Shown here piece by piece: positions 1 to 13,919 of a stretch of 64,000 nucleotides of DNA. Source of the stretch: Daphnia carinata. Lineage: Eukaryota. The stretch's first letter is position 1; every line of letters begins with the position of its first letter. Location of the stretch: NCBI RefSeq assembly GCF_022539665.2, contig NC_081331.1:4898001-4962000 (forward strand), read 5' to 3'. The notes beneath the pieces are model-generated. The model was not told the DNA's origin and did no database searches. It worked only from the letters and a program-made list of their open reading frames with translations. The translations under genes were made by a program, and so were the position numbers.

Positions 1-201
1 CGGCTAGTAGGACGTAAAATTTCTTTCTCTAGAGAAATGTTCACAATAGCTTAAAATTATTTGTTAAAAACCTATTTTGACATGCCACAATTGTTATGTC
101 ATACATTCAATTGCCCAACATAACCAATAGAAATTATTTTTGTATGTGTCTATTCAGGTTATCTTTAACTACAAGAGGAAGAACGCATCCAAACCGTCAT
201 C

Positions 202-243
202 ATGCTACGCCTATTCAAGAACCCTCGAAAAGTCATGGTGCAG
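202..243 (+). CDS. Candidate alternative first coding exon of the Tret1-like transporter (MLRLFKNPRKVMVQ)
   Basis: ATG at 202 inside an exon-like block (acceptor ctattcag ending 158) with a strong phase-0 donor CAG|GTAATT at 243/244. It joins in frame to the phase-0 exon at 2837 (MGAAAAASLSF...). Confidence 0.55.
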
Positions 244-2663
244 GTAATTAGATCTTCATTTCTTTTCCGTTAGTCCATGCAGTGCTCGTCTTTCTCCATC
301 TGCTATCATCTATTGATTGTTGGGCGATATATAACGCAGCGGTTTCTAACGCGTTCTGGCCCCAATCGTTTTGTGCAAGCTTTGCAACTGTCAGTCTAGT
401 ACCTGAATATCGAATAAAGACATTGGGGTGATGGGAAGAAAACAACAAAAAAAAAGGAGATCAACAGGATCGAGTTTCTTTCGCTTGCCTAACGGTTAGA
501 TAGCTCGTTTTCCCATTTGCTAGTTTTTCGCCATGCTGTACTCCTTTTTCTTTTTTTTTGCGTGGCAAGATGGATCTTGCGTGTTGCGGCCGGCTGTTAC
601 GGTACTCACGCAAATGTATTTTTTTTGCTCTGTTTTTCTGTAACCATGTCGGATTGATCCAATTCTTTTTTTTTTTGCTATAGAGATAATAATAGATGAC
701 ACGTATCGAGCACAGGTTTTCCCGTCAACGCTAGGATAGAAAGAAAATCTCAGGATTGTTTTAGAAGCATTAACAACAAAAAAAGGCATTGCGCTTTTTT
801 TTCTGTTTTGCGCTACAGTTGGAAGAGAGCCAAACAGTTTGCCCGCGATATTTGACGCGATGGTATAAATAGTTTGTCAGTTTGTTTTTAAGTAAAGGAT
901 TTTAATTTTTTCCTAGTTTAACCACAAGCTGCTTCGAATGCAAGTTCAAAATTCAACAGGTTTATTTATTTTTCAAAAATATTTTTCAAGTGAATTTCAA
1001 ATGAGTGAGAGGTGACGGTTCGTGATCGAGTTTATGACCTTCGTTTTCATTGTGTTATATGCATGAGACGGCCGACAGGAAAAATTGGAACTAGGAAAAT
1101 GCAGCGGTTTTATGCGGTTTCAATGTAAATTATATAAAGAAGCGTTTTTTTTTCTTGTTTTCCATGTATCGAGGACAAAGTATGTATCATACGAGTACGT
1201 ACGTAGATGAAAAGAATGTTGACCGGGCTTAGAAAAGACTTTCAATTGAAAAGAATTTCGCGATAGTCCAGGCTTTCAAAAATTGTGTCGTGAAATCGTA
1301 ATCATTTTTTCATTGACAAGGAGGTCAGGTAATGATTACAGGTGGAAGGACAATGCGTTGCTAGAAAAGAGTAATAACCGGTTTGCTCGAAAAATGTGCA
1401 ATTAAAACGATTACCATGAAAGGAAATAATTACCAATAGTTGAAACAATTTGACTTCAAGGCACTCACCTTTTAGTAGTAACCATGGCCTTATTCCAACA
1501 ATGCGCTAATGTTATTACAATCGCATAAAAAAATTTTTTTATGGCGTTTAATATTTTTTTTTTTTGCGTATCACGAAAAGCTGGTAAACACTTTCGGTTC
1601 TTGTTTGCTGCTGACTTGCAGCTATTCATTTTGCACAGGTACGCGATGGTACCATTCACTGATCGAATGGAAAAACCCATGGTGCGGATCAAGTTTTTTC
1701 TTTGGATGCTTTTCTTTTTTAATTTTATTTGAGGTGGATTACATAAGCAAAAACAGGTAGAAGAAGACAAGGGGGTGTGCCCTTTTCCACTTCTATCCAC
1801 CTATCGTGCTGGGAAACTGAGCGCGCCTGGTACAGTCTGACACGAAAGACATTTTCGCTCCAGGTGAAATTTTGTCTAGTTCCATACATCTTTTAACTCT
1901 GGCTCTCAGTTTCTTATCTCCTGACTCCTGTCGTTTTAAATAAAAGAAGAAAAAAAAAGGAGCTGCGTAGTCCTTTTTCCTTCTATGTATGGGTTTTTTC
2001 CTCTTTCTTTGTTTGTGCACGCTATTTTAAGGTAACCATAGGTGGATGAAATTAAAGGATTTCCTACCCATCGTTCTTGTTATGTTCCCGCACGAGAAGA
2101 TTAAAATGATAAAAGGAATATGGACAAAATCGGGAATTCGGATAGTCGTCAACGAATTTTCATGTTTTTTTTTCGAATGGCGTTTCGTGCAGCCACTGTT
2201 GTAGTCGCATAAATAGATAACCGACAATCCACCGGTTTCAGTGAATGCACGAAAAATTGGCTCTTGTGTTGCAAATCAACTGCATTCTTTGGGATTGTGA
2301 CACTTTGTTGTCCTCAGATAAGTTTTGATTCTGCATGTAGCCTTGGAATAGAAATGCAGGAAGATGTGCAAAGAACAAAGCAAAAGAAATTCTTTGCCGA
2401 AAAGAAGACGAAACCGAATGAGCAGAACATGGATCCTCTCCTGCCAGGGGTTTTCTATTACCGTCTCATGACGACTCCAACGAAAGAAAGAGGGAATCCT
2501 TTTGCCAAGTTTCCTCTTTTTTTTTCATGTCCCTATCCGCGTCGTTGGGGTGTTACGTCATTAAATCTCATTTTTCGACTACGTTGACCTCGGAATTGGC
2601 AACGTAACTGTTTTTCTGTTTGTTTTAAAGCGATGCAATTTTTCTAGTTAGTGGGATCCAATC

Positions 2664-4704
2664 ATGGTCAAATGTGCCAAGGCAACGGCAGAGTCGCCGA
2701 AGGCACTGTGGCCTTTGGTTCCAGCTTGTTTTGTTTTTTTCATCCGTAGATTCAAATTTCCATGGGGACGAAATGTTGCTTACTATTTAGTATTTTATTT
2801 CAATAGCTTTTAATGTGATCTGTTTCCGTTTGTTAGATGGGAGCTGCTGCCGCCGCTTCGTTGTCCTTCATGATCATGGGCATGGTGCGCGCTTGGTCCA
2901 GCCCTGGAATGCCATCGCTGTTGGAGTCGAAGGCAGTACCCCTGAGTGAATCGGACGTTTCATGGATCAGTAAGTTGAATACCTGCAAGGTCGCGAGAAT
3001 GTAAATAACAAACTGTATTTGCTAACCCTAGGCAGCATACCCCCATTGGCATCTTTGGTCGGAAGCTTGCTTGCCGGACCTTGCCTGACCATTTTGGGCA
3101 GAAGGCGGACATTGATGTTGATCTCGATCCCTTACAGCTTGGGATTTTTGTTGATTGGATTTGCGTCGCACAGCTCTATGCTGTACATTGGCCGAATCCT
3201 TGATGGCGCCATGATTGGCTTTAGCGCACCTTCGGCCCAGATTTTCGTAAGTTTCTATCGTTTTGTTTTCATCAATTACATTTTATGTTGAATTTTTTGC
3301 TTGCTCTCGTGTTTTTGCATGACAGATTGGCGAATGTGCGTCGCCTCGAGTCCGTGGAGCCCTGGGCGCTTTTACCGCAATTTTTCTCTCTTTGGGTATT
3401 CTGATCACTTATATCATTGGCGCTTTCGTTCCATGGAACGTTTTGGCCTGGATTTTGAGTGCTTTCCCTGCCCTGCTTTTCATCGCCATGTTCTTCATGC
3501 CCGAAACGCCCACTTGGCTTCTGTCGAAGAATCGAGAAGATGAGGCCAGAAAATCTTTGCAATTTCTCCGCGGAGCGTAAGGATTATTACACTTTATTCA
3601 ATTGCAATCGTTATTCTTAATTTCAATTTCGTGACCACACAGGCACACTGACGTAACTGGGGAATTTGAGCGCTTGAAGGCTAATATGGCGAAAGGAGCA
3701 AATGCGCAACAAATTCAGCCTAAAGACTTGCTGAAAGGATCTGTCCTCAAGCCCCTATTGCTCTCAATGGCGCTCATGTTGTTGCAGCAATTTAGCGGAA
3801 TTAATTCCATAATTTATTTCACTGTCTTCATCTTCCAGAAAGCCGGTAGCACCATGGATAAGAATCTTGCAACTATTGTAAGTGGATTGCACTACATTCA
3901 AAGCTGCTTAAATAATAATCTAATATTTTTTTATTTATGCGACAGATCGTCGGTATCGTCCAACTTTTGGCCACCATTGCTTCCATGTTTTTGGTTGATA
4001 GAGCTGGCCGTCGTATTCTTCTGCTCGTTTCGGGCATTGTTATGTCAATTTCTCTGGCAGCATTAGGTGCCTTCTTTTACATGCTTGAAATCTACGGTTC
4101 GGATGTGCAGCTAACACTTGGATGGCTTCCACTCGCCAGTCTGCTCCTGTTCATTATCGCCTACTCGAGCGGTTTCGCTAATGTTCCTTTCCTCATTATG
4201 GGAGAGCTCTTCCCAGCTAAATTCAGGTACAACACGAACTATTATATGGTAATTAAAATAAAACTTAACGCTTAAATTTTAATTTCCTTTTTTAGGAGTG
4301 TTTTGGGATCTTTAGCTTCTTGTTTCAACTTGTTATGCACATTCACCATCATCCGAAGCTTCGGTGACATGAACAAAACCATGGGTGAATACGGCACCTT
4401 CTGGTTTTACATGTGTTGGTGCGTTGTGGGCATCTTCTTCGTTTACTTCTTCCTGCCCGAGACCAAGGGCAAATCGTTGGACGAGATTGAGCGCATGTTC
4501 GCCAATAAGAAGAAGCAGCAGCTGTATGCGGCTAGTGCCGAGACGGCAATTGGTACAGTAGTTGACAAGAATGATGTGTTTACTGTCGAAACCATTCCTC
4601 GTGCGCACATCGATGAAAGACTATCACAATCGCACTCAAATGACGGGTACGATTTAGACAGCGACGAAGAAGATAATGGAGAGGTGGTGGCAACTCCACT
4701 CTAA
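2664..4704 (+). CDS. Tret1: MFS sugar porter, facilitated trehalose transporter Tret1-like (spliced)
   Basis: Exons ~2664-2717, 2837-2969, 3032-3246, 3327-3576, 3643-3877, 3946-4226, 4296-4704. Sugar-porter motifs GRR, PETP, QQFSGIN, DRAGRR, GELFP, PETKGKS and about 12 hydrophobic segments. Substrate and orthology are inferred from the family only. Confidence 0.9.
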
Positions 4705-5166
4705 ATGAATCGTTTCAACAATAATGATCGAAGCCGTCCTGGCAAAATAATTTTATCGAGATTGATTTTGTATATTTTTAAATCGTCAACGAGAGTGTAT
4801 TTTTTTAAATTACCGTTGACGGGTGTTTCGAATGCACGTATTGTCGCCAAATGGTGCACATGTTTTGGGTTGCTAAACATCTATTTGGCAGTATGAAAAC
4901 AATGGGAACAACTTTCCTTTCACCAGTTAATTTAGAATGTGTAAATGCTAAAACAATGTTACTGAAAATGTCCAACTGTAGCCATAGTTAAACCTTATAA
5001 GTTTGAACACTAGTATTCATGTACATAGTATAAATGCCAATTTTCTTGAATTATATCAAGGAACTGTAATTAAATACAAAGAAGTACAAAATTTACAACT
5101 ATTTGTTTATTGATAAAGTTTGATGTAGACCAACTATTCATTTTACAACAGATCGCTGAAAGGATA

Positions 5167-5589
5167 CTAGTGAGCAGCTTTAGCTGGTGCTTTGCTTGGC
5201 TTAACCATATTGTAGAGAACAATAACACCAATGAATCCATAGGTGGCCAGAGCAACCTGCATTCAAAAGTAAAAATGTAATTTTGTTTAGACAATAGCTA
5301 GAAATACAGTTGGTATGCAGATAGCAACAACTTTAAACAGTTATCGTAACTCACACTTCTTTCAACTAATAATCCCAAATCAACAATGCAACAGTAAAAT
5401 TCAAACACTCATCCACCAAGAGTAAGGCAGAATTATCTCGCAGAAGAATTGTGCAAAACTACAGGAAACTCTAGACGATTCAGACAAGGTAAATCGTCGA
5501 CTTACATTCGCTCGGCCTCGAATGGTGGTGGAGTTGAAATATTTGGCCATTCCAGAGAACTGACTTTCAGCAGCGTGATCACCAGCCAT
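5167..5589 (-). CDS. ATP5MK: Mitochondrial ATP synthase membrane subunit k (DAPIT/USMG5), 57 aa, two coding exons
   Basis: Exons 5589-5506 (MAGDHAAESQFSGMAKYFNSTTIRGRAN) and 5256-5167 (VALATYGFIGVIVLYNMVKPSKAPAKAAH*), joined by a GTAAGT...GCAG intron. YFNSxTxxGRxNVxxATY is the DAPIT signature. Confidence 0.92.
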
Positions 5590-5935
5590 TTTAGATTATT
5601 TACCTACAAGCACAACGACATTGAAATTATTTTATTGATTACAACATAAATGTTATTTTTTACGATACTTTTTGCGGCGAAATGGAGTCCACGCAAGGCA
5701 ATGAAAGAGCTACCTGGAAACAGACGAAGGCGAATAGCGGCGATAACGAGAAGTTGGGAGAGAGAAGACGGTGCCAGATGACCGAATTTACCCTTCTGTA
5801 TACGGCAACGGTGTGTATAAATCTATGTCGTCTGGTTTTCAGGCTTATAAACACGTGCGTTTCAAACCTCGAGTGAGCCTGGATTACGATTAAGAAAATT
5901 TAACTGTTTAATTCCGTGAAACATAATTTGTCGTT
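5590..5935. promoter_or_regulatory. Probable bidirectional promoter region, ATP5MK / RRP5
   Basis: Only 346 bp separate the two divergent ATGs (5589 on -, 5936 on +). The interval also contains a 5'UTR intron acceptor of ATP5MK near 5604. Confidence 0.6.
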
Positions 5936-8900
5936 ATGGCTATCGTGGAAGGAGATTTTCCGCGTGGCGCAAAGGCCAGAGACGAAAAGAGGGAACATCA
6001 TGCACATGAAAAGAAGAGGAAAGTCGAAAACTTGTTCAAGGTAAAGCAAAGAGAGTGATTTCCAATGCTTCATATGCTTGGTATTCCTATAATCTCTAAC
6101 ATTATTTTATCTTATGAATGTTTTCAATTAGGGTGCTGCCTCCAAAAAAGTCAACAAGAGAAGGCTAAACCTAAAAAAAAAGCATTCAAGAATAAAAAAG
6201 GAAAGACAGGAACTTCAATCGTTGACCACCAAGGAGAAAAAAGTTATTGAGAAAGAAAAAACAATGCTTGAGTCTATAGAACCTTTGACATTTAAAGTGA
6301 GTACCTTTTGCATTGTTATTGGGTATTAAAATGCTAATCTGTATGATTTAGATGCTCGCTGAAGGAATGCAGCTCTTGAGTAGGGTACAAGAAGTCAGAG
6401 AAATGGATGTACTTCTGAGTCTTCCGGGGAGAATTCAGGCTGTTGTCCCAATTACAAATATCTCCACACCATACACTGACTTGCTCAACATGCTGGCGCA
6501 AGGCGAAGATGTTGAGACAAAAAGTTTGAAAGAAATCTTAGTGGAAGGAGAGCTTTTTCCTTGCAGTATTAAGGAAGTCACCAATGATGGATCATTCAAA
6601 GTGACAGCTTCTCTAAATCCTGTTGATGTCAATAGTGAGATTCCATCAACAGCGCTCTGCAAAGGAATGGTATCCCAAAATGTGCTTTGCAGCTGTGAGG
6701 TCTTAGCATAACCATTTTTTTTTTTTTTCATACTAGAAAATAACTGCTGCTGTACAAAGTGTGGAAGATCATGGATACGTTATGGATCTGGGTATATCGA
6801 ATGCCCGCAGCTTTTTACCCAAAGTACCCGATCAAGATTATGCTATCGGACAAATTATATCAACCTGTGTGACTGGCTGCCAAATTGATGGCCATGTAGC
6901 AACTCTGACGCTTTCGACAGTTGATTCGATCAAGTTCAAGCAAAACGTGGAACTTAATCTTTCCACTCTTATTCCAGCGACAAAACTTACCGTGACTGTG
7001 AATAAGGTAATTATTACATTTCAAGCGATCCATGGCAAGAGCTCTATGTTTGCATTAATTTTATAGGTCCTACCGCAAGGGTTGGTAGTCACGTTCGGCA
7101 ATTTGGTGGGCTACGTCCATAAAGATCATCTTGTTAACGCTAATGACAACGTATCATCTTATGAAAAGAGTTCCAACTATACCGCTGTTATTTTATATAC
7201 ACTGCCATTGATCAATGCAGTTTATCTCAGCCTAAAATCGTCGCTCGTTAAGCCTGTCAAGGAAAAGAAGGAAAAAGACATTATAGTTCCTGGTCAATTC
7301 TTTGATGCCATAATTACCGAATCAACTGCTGTAGGACTCTTCATTCAACTAAACAAAACAGCCAAAGGCTTTGTCCCAGTACGGCATCTCAGTGATAATC
7401 AAGACATCTTTGAAGATACTAGATCCTTATTCCCAATCAAGTCCCGTAAGCGCTGCCGCGTGCTTAATCATGCATCTGTGGATGACATTTACATCTGCAC
7501 TATGAAAAAGTATTTTTGTTTTATTGCATCACTTCCGAAATATTCAAGTTCTAATTATCTTAAATTTATAGGTCGCTATTGACGCAAAAAGCTTTACGAT
7601 ATGAAGATTTCACCGTCGGTGAAGTGCTAGAAGGCAAAATTGATTCGGTTTCGCCGGCTGGCATATCAGTCAATTTGGGAGTCAATTTGAAAGGTTTCAT
7701 TCCAAAGTTGCATTGGGCAGATGATCCAAGACTTAAAAAGCCAGAACTTAGATTCCGCGTGGGGAATACTATCACCTGTCGAGTTCTGAAGGTAATGGTC
7801 GACCGAAAAAACATCCATTTGACTTGCAAGAAAGCGCTGCTCGACGAAACCGTTGTTGCGTATACCCATCCGAGCCAGTTGGACAAAAACCTTGGCTTGA
7901 AAGGGACGGTGGTCATGATAGAGAATAATGGTGTTCTCGTTTCCTTCTTCGGTGACCTTACTGGATATATGCCACGGAACAGGCTATCGAAGAAGGGAAT
8001 TTCCGACATCAGTCGTTATTTCTATATCGGGCAGGTGATTGATTGTGTAGTTCACGACATTCACGAGACTGGAAAAGTTACACTGACTCTTGCCAAGCCA
8101 GACACAGAGCAAACAGTCAAACGTGCGGCTCAACCTGTTTCGAACTTGGGATCCATTGTCACTTGCAAAGTCGAGCGCGTTTTTGACGCCACCGACGGCG
8201 GCAGCAGTGGACTAGAGGTATGTATATTTTATGGCAATGCACTAGGCAAACACTGATTATGTTTGTATTTTTCTACAGGTTTCGATTCCTTCGTTGAAAA
8301 GTACAGGTTTTATTCCAGTTGGACATTTGTCAGATTTCCCTAAACTTGCACCGCACCTGCTTCACTGCTATCGTCCAGGCCAGATCATTGAGGAGGCTGT
8401 CGTTTGGGTATGTTCGAAACTTCAAACGGTCTTAACTCTCAAGCCTATCATCGTGAATTACATCAAAGAAAATTGCTTCCCCGGATCCATCGAAGAAATG
8501 GGAATGATCTCGGTGTTTCCCTGCGTTGCCGCAAGGCAAAGATCATTTGGCATTTTTGCGTCGCTTCTGTGTCCACCTAACAAGTTTGAAGTTTTATTTC
8601 CATCTAGCCAAATTCCTGAAGAGCTGCATTCCCTTTCGGAGAAGGATGTTCAGCACCTAACTATGGAAGGCCGAGTTATTAAGGTCGACAAGGAAGCGAA
8701 AAAGATTTCCCTAAGTGCATTGAATACCAGTGTCCTGCAAAGTGATGCTCGTGTGTTGGAAGCGTTTCTACGGGAACGTGAAAGAATTAGGTCCCACTTA
8801 ATGGAGAGCTCAGACGAAGGTTTGAAATATCTAGCAAACCTGAAAGTTGGTGACGTGGTGATAGGAAAATTGCTAGCAGATTTCAAATCATCCGCCAATT

Positions 8901-11900
8901 TGGAATTTGAATTACCCAATGGACTTAAAGCAATCGTTCCTGCTTATCATCATGCCAAAAAGATTTCCAAGGCAAACGACTTGATCGTTGGTTCTGTTTT
9001 ATATTGCGACCTGATTCTCCGAGTTGTCTACGTCACAACAAAAGATGACGTCATTAAACGCATTACGGGCACTAGCAAATTGGAGCCCAGGGGCAACAAG
9101 CAAAAAGGCAAGATTCTTTTGAATACGGACTACTTCAGTTTGGTGTCACTCGTTGATGGGAAAACCAAAGACATCGCTTTCATTTCCAATATTAGGAGCA
9201 TTAATGAAACTGTTGCCCCATTACCTGCCCCCTTCGAACTTGGGGTCGACGTCGATGTAGCTATTGACTCTGACACGGAAGTTGGCAAAATTGCTACGTA
9301 CCACAAGACGCCCGTAAGTTGGGATGCAGTTAATCGTTCTCGTAACAAGCGCGCCTCTTCATCAGATGATGGTCCAAAGAAGAAAAAGGCAAAAAAAGAA
9401 AACGCAGCGAAAACTAATGGAAAAGAGTCACAGGAAAATGTTGACCCCCCAACTGAAGTCAAAACGAAAAAGACTCAAAACAAGAAAGCGCAAAAACAAT
9501 TATCCGAATCAAATGGCACAAAGGAGACTGAAAAATCAAGCTTATTAGAAACCGATAAATCTACCGGTGAAAAGAAAAGAAAAGGCAAGAAAGATCTTAC
9601 AGAACAGAAGGAAGAGACTTCAGAAACTTGCACGAATGGAGAATTAAAAGATAATCCTTCGTCGGCTAACGAGACAGAAGCAAAGAAGGCAGCAGCAAAA
9701 AAGAAAAAAGACGTGCCCGCAAAGAAAGAAACGCCAGTTCCAAAAGGGAAAAGAAGCACGTCTGAAAACAAAGACAAGTGCGCAGAAGATCAAAAAGATC
9801 TTTCTCCATCCAAGAAAAGAAGAACGGAAGCGATTGCCGAGAGTACCACGAAACAGCCGCAGCAATTCAATCCTTTAGCATTGCCGCGATTATCGATTGC
9901 TTCGACATTCAAATGGGATGATGATATGACTACTCTGCCACTTTCAACAACTTCACAGGTTGCCGACAGTTCAGATTCTGAAGATGAAGACGCAGACAAA
10001 GAGAAAGCGGTAATTAAAGATCGGCGCGAAAGAGCACGTGAAAAATTGGAACAAGCCAAACAAGATGAAGCCAAATTGTCGAAAATCGAAGAAGAGTTGA
10101 ATAATCCCGACCGGGCCCCCGTGACGACGGACGACTTCGACCGCATGGTGCTCTCGTCTCCAAACAGCTCTATTCTTTGGTTGCAGTACATGGCCTTCCA
10201 CTTGGAGAACGCCGAAATTGAAAAGGCACGGACAGTTGCCCAAAGGGCGCTGAAAATCATGAGCTTCCGTGAGGAACAGGAAAAGTTTAACGTCTGGATC
10301 GCTTGGCTCAATTTGGAGCACATGTACGGCACGACCGAAGGCTACGAGGCCACTTTACAGGTAACCATTATCGTAAATTAAACCAAGACATTCGCCATGG
10401 TAGTGTTGTGCATAATATAATAAACGTGCTTGTTCCCTTGTCGCCCACAGGAAGCTCTACGCTATAACGAGCCGTTTAAAGTGCATCGTCAGATGGCTTT
10501 GAATTTCGAACAAAGCGGCAAGTTTGACGAGGCCGAGTCGCTCTACACCACAATGCTGAAGAAATACAAGCAGAACAAGTCTGTCTGGATGAATGCTTGC
10601 CTCTTTTACGTCAGAAATTCAAAATTGGACACGGCGCGCGGTGTTTTCCAGAGGGCATTGTCGATCCTCGACAAGAAAGAGCGTAAGTACATTTTTAAGT
10701 AATACAATCGGTTCGCAGTTTGGGGCCCCCGCAACGTTTTTCGTTTCATGGCCGTTGATAAACGGAGTGACTTGTTGTTCTTCTTGGCTTCCTCCTTATT
10801 CCTCATTCCGTAACCACTCCCACCCACCTTTAAGTTCGCCGCACGTTGTGCGTCTCTAGTTAACGTTGCGTCCCCCTTTATCTTCATAGCTTATTTTGGC
10901 GCCCTGTTCTCAAAGTTTTAAGCAGTAAAGGTGAGCGTTTTACTAACTAGGTTAATTATCGTACTCTGGTTTGAATGTCCAAAAACAGCGTATCTCTCGT
11001 TTTGTGTTTCACTTGAATATCATGCCCCCCTTTTAAATTTGCATTACATTTCTGTTTATTTTTCTTCCTTTTTTAGATGTTGACTTGATTAGCCGGTTTG
11101 GTCAACTGGAGATGAAATTTGGTCAACTAGGCCGGGGCAAAACGCTCTTTGACACTTTGTTGATGTCTTACCCGAAGAGGACGGATCTCTGGTTGGTTTA
11201 CATCGATACGCTCACCAAAGTTGGCGATGTAGAAAGTGCACGGTAAGAAAATTTTCGACATTATTAAGACACTTTTGTTTGGTTCTTTGTTATCCATCTC
11301 GCTGTCTTCCCAAAACGTAAAAACTACCCACGGCCTCGTTGCGATGATGAGAAAAACATGCGTAGGCGAACCACGTTTAAAAGGAAAAAGAAAGAGTCGT
11401 TCCCCACGCCGCTGTGTAGTTATACGCTATATGATTGATATTCTCAAACAATAACTTACAATCCCTCGGCAACCCATTTTCGTTTCTTCCATATTTTTGT
11501 TTCCCTCCTCTTTTCCCTCTCATTTTATGTTTAACAATTTTTTTTATTCTATCTCTCCCACCCTTTTTTTTTTTCTTTTTTAATATTTCCTTTTTTCGTT
11601 TCATTCTCAACTTATTATGTATTGAGGTAAAGAGGATTTGTGTTGTCCGGCCGTCGGATAGAGAGTCTCTTAAAGTGTTTGTAGTTGTAGATAGCGAGGA
11701 GATTCTTTATTCTTGTTTGTTTGGTGCGTCTCATTGCCCGCTGTTCATGCGAGATAGATGGACGGAGAGAGAGAGTTGTTCGCCCTGTTTTACAGGTTGC
11801 TATTGGCGTCATGTCTTGCCTCATTCCACTTATAAATGCAGGGGAATTTTTTTATCTTAAACAAACAAGATTGCCGTCCCGAATCAATCCCGCATTTTCC

Positions 11901-12824
11901 ATGGCCGTAGTCAGAGACAGCCATTTAAAAATATGTTCGGCCCATGTGACTCTTTAAAAGATGTTGATATATTAATCGTAATTTTCTTCACCTATTGTCC
12001 CGCCATCGGAATGAAAAGAGGAAATCAAAAACAATTTGACTGGCCTGTTCTGGTTGATTGAGGTTTGTAACCCAGATTACGAAACTGGTCATCGGTTCAG
12101 CATTTTCTATATGGTCATTATTTTTAACTGCTACCTTCCGCAACCCGAGCGTGCTCCGTTTTTTTGTGCTCTTCTCTTTGACCGAAGCGCTCCCAATTCT
12201 GTATTGCGCCATGTCCAGGTCGCCGGCCGGCACTTCGTCTTCATTAATTTTCAAAATATTTTTTTTTTCTTTTCTTAGCTCCTCTTTTTTTTTTTCTCTT
12301 CCTCGGTAATTCAAACTCGTGACGTGTTCATTTTCCAGGCTTGGGTTCTCCGCTTCCGTCGTCATTTGACAGAAGGGAGTTGAGAAAAAAAAAATAACGA
12401 GTGATTATAATTTCACGCAAAGGCCCAAAAACGACTCCCACAACTAGCGACTTTTTTTTTCACCCCTTTCCTTCTGTTTGTCTGCGTTATCACACGGAAA
12501 GATTCATGATTTTGTTTTCTTTTTTTTTCCCTTATCTTTTGCTTTGATTGCGTGCGTGATTAATTCTTCTTCGTCTTCTTTTGTTGTTGATGCGCGCCGT
12601 GGTGGGTGTACTTTTCTTCCCAACTAATTACGGTTGATTGTGCAATTTGTAGGCAAGTACTTGAACGCTGCATCACTCTGCAGCTACCTGCCAAAAAGAT
12701 GAAGACAATCTTTCAAAAGTTTCTCGAGTTTGAAACGCATCACGGTGACGAAGAAAGGCAGGACTATGTCCGCAAGAAGGCGCTCGACTACGTTGAATCG
12801 AAAACCGAAGTCGCCGACGAATGA
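5936..12824 (+). CDS. PDCD11: rRNA biogenesis protein RRP5 homolog, ~1532 aa, 10 exons
   Basis: Exons 5936-6040, 6132-6296, 6352-6669, 6737-7006, 7067-7509, 7572-8217, 8279-10360, 10451-10682, 11077-11242, 12653-12824, with consistent phases. N-terminal DFPRG motif, multiple S1-like repeats (SVEDHGYVMDLG), and C-terminal HAT repeats (PNSSILWLQYMAFHL, YPKRTDLW). Confidence 0.95.
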
Positions 12825-13898
12825 GTGCAAGTGCTCATCGGAAACACCAAGCATCTTCTTCTTCACCTCGGTCGTCATCATCGCCTCATTTGCTGACGTG
12901 TGGGTTTGTTTTTGTTTTTTTATTACCTCCTACATTCTATCACCATAAGCCGAGAGTCTTTTTTTTTTTTTGGTGGGTTTCAATGACTTCAAGGCGATTC
13001 GCCAATAAAAACATTGAGCGGTCTGATCAACAGCCAAAAACTCGGGAATGAATGATACTATGCATTTCGCTTTTAGTCCTTAAAAAAAAACAATTTCTGT
13101 TTTTACTTTCACGATCGAATCGCCTACGACAGGTTGTTTTTTTTTCTCCCCCTGTCTGTGATGTATTTGATTTTGACGGTTGGTGGAACAAAAACGAAAT
13201 GCCATCGTTAGCCTATGGCTTCTGACGAGCCCATTCGTCTTGCTGTAGTTTTTCAAATGGGAACTTCACGATGCAATCACGTCGTCTTTATTATTAGTCA
13301 GACACATTTGAGAAAATGGGGAAGCGAAAAAAAAAGAAAAGAAAAATCTTCTTCTTTATTTTTGATTGCCTAATATCATCGATCCATCATTGGCGTTTGC
13401 GTGAGTCAGACTGATGTGCGTGCTGGATTGCTGGGAGAGAGTGATGGACACCCGCGAGCGGCGCTCCTCATTCGCTAAGCTATTTTTTTTTTTCTTTTTC
13501 ATATCTGTAGTGTAACAGGGAAGGGAAGCATCGGGTGAATCTTCCCAGTATCAAATATTTTTATTGTGCCGTAAGGATAAAGAGAGAGTTGCTGACTGTT
13601 AGTCCAATTCTTTCGCTCTGATGTTAGTAGCGTGCCCAATGTAAAAGAGAGAGAGAGAGAAAAGAGGAATGCCCTCGTATTTATGCCGACACTATCGGAT
13701 CATCAAGAAAGGCTGGTCAAAGGATCTGAGAGTTCTCAATCGGGTCGTAGAGGCACTCGCCCGATTGCCTATTGCATACATCAGACACCTTGGCGCGCGG
13801 CCCCTCACTCGCCTAGTCATGCAGAGGGGAGAGAGAAAAGTTTAAAAGGAGGAAGTGTAATGCCTCCAGGTGTGTGTCAGTAGATTTTCGGGTTACGG

Positions 13899-13919
13899 AG
13901 TGTGTGTGTGTGTGTGTGT
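13899..13919. repeat. (GT)n microsatellite
   Basis: Run of about 10 GT units. Confidence 0.85.

Noticed and set aside
6670..6736. U12-type intron in RRP5 (donor GTATCCC)
   Set aside because: Lacks the full GTATCCTT donor and has no TCCTTAAC-like branch point.
11759..11780. miR-184-like start TGGACGGAGA
   Set aside because: The match ends after 10 nt in a GA repeat, and no precursor hairpin is visible.
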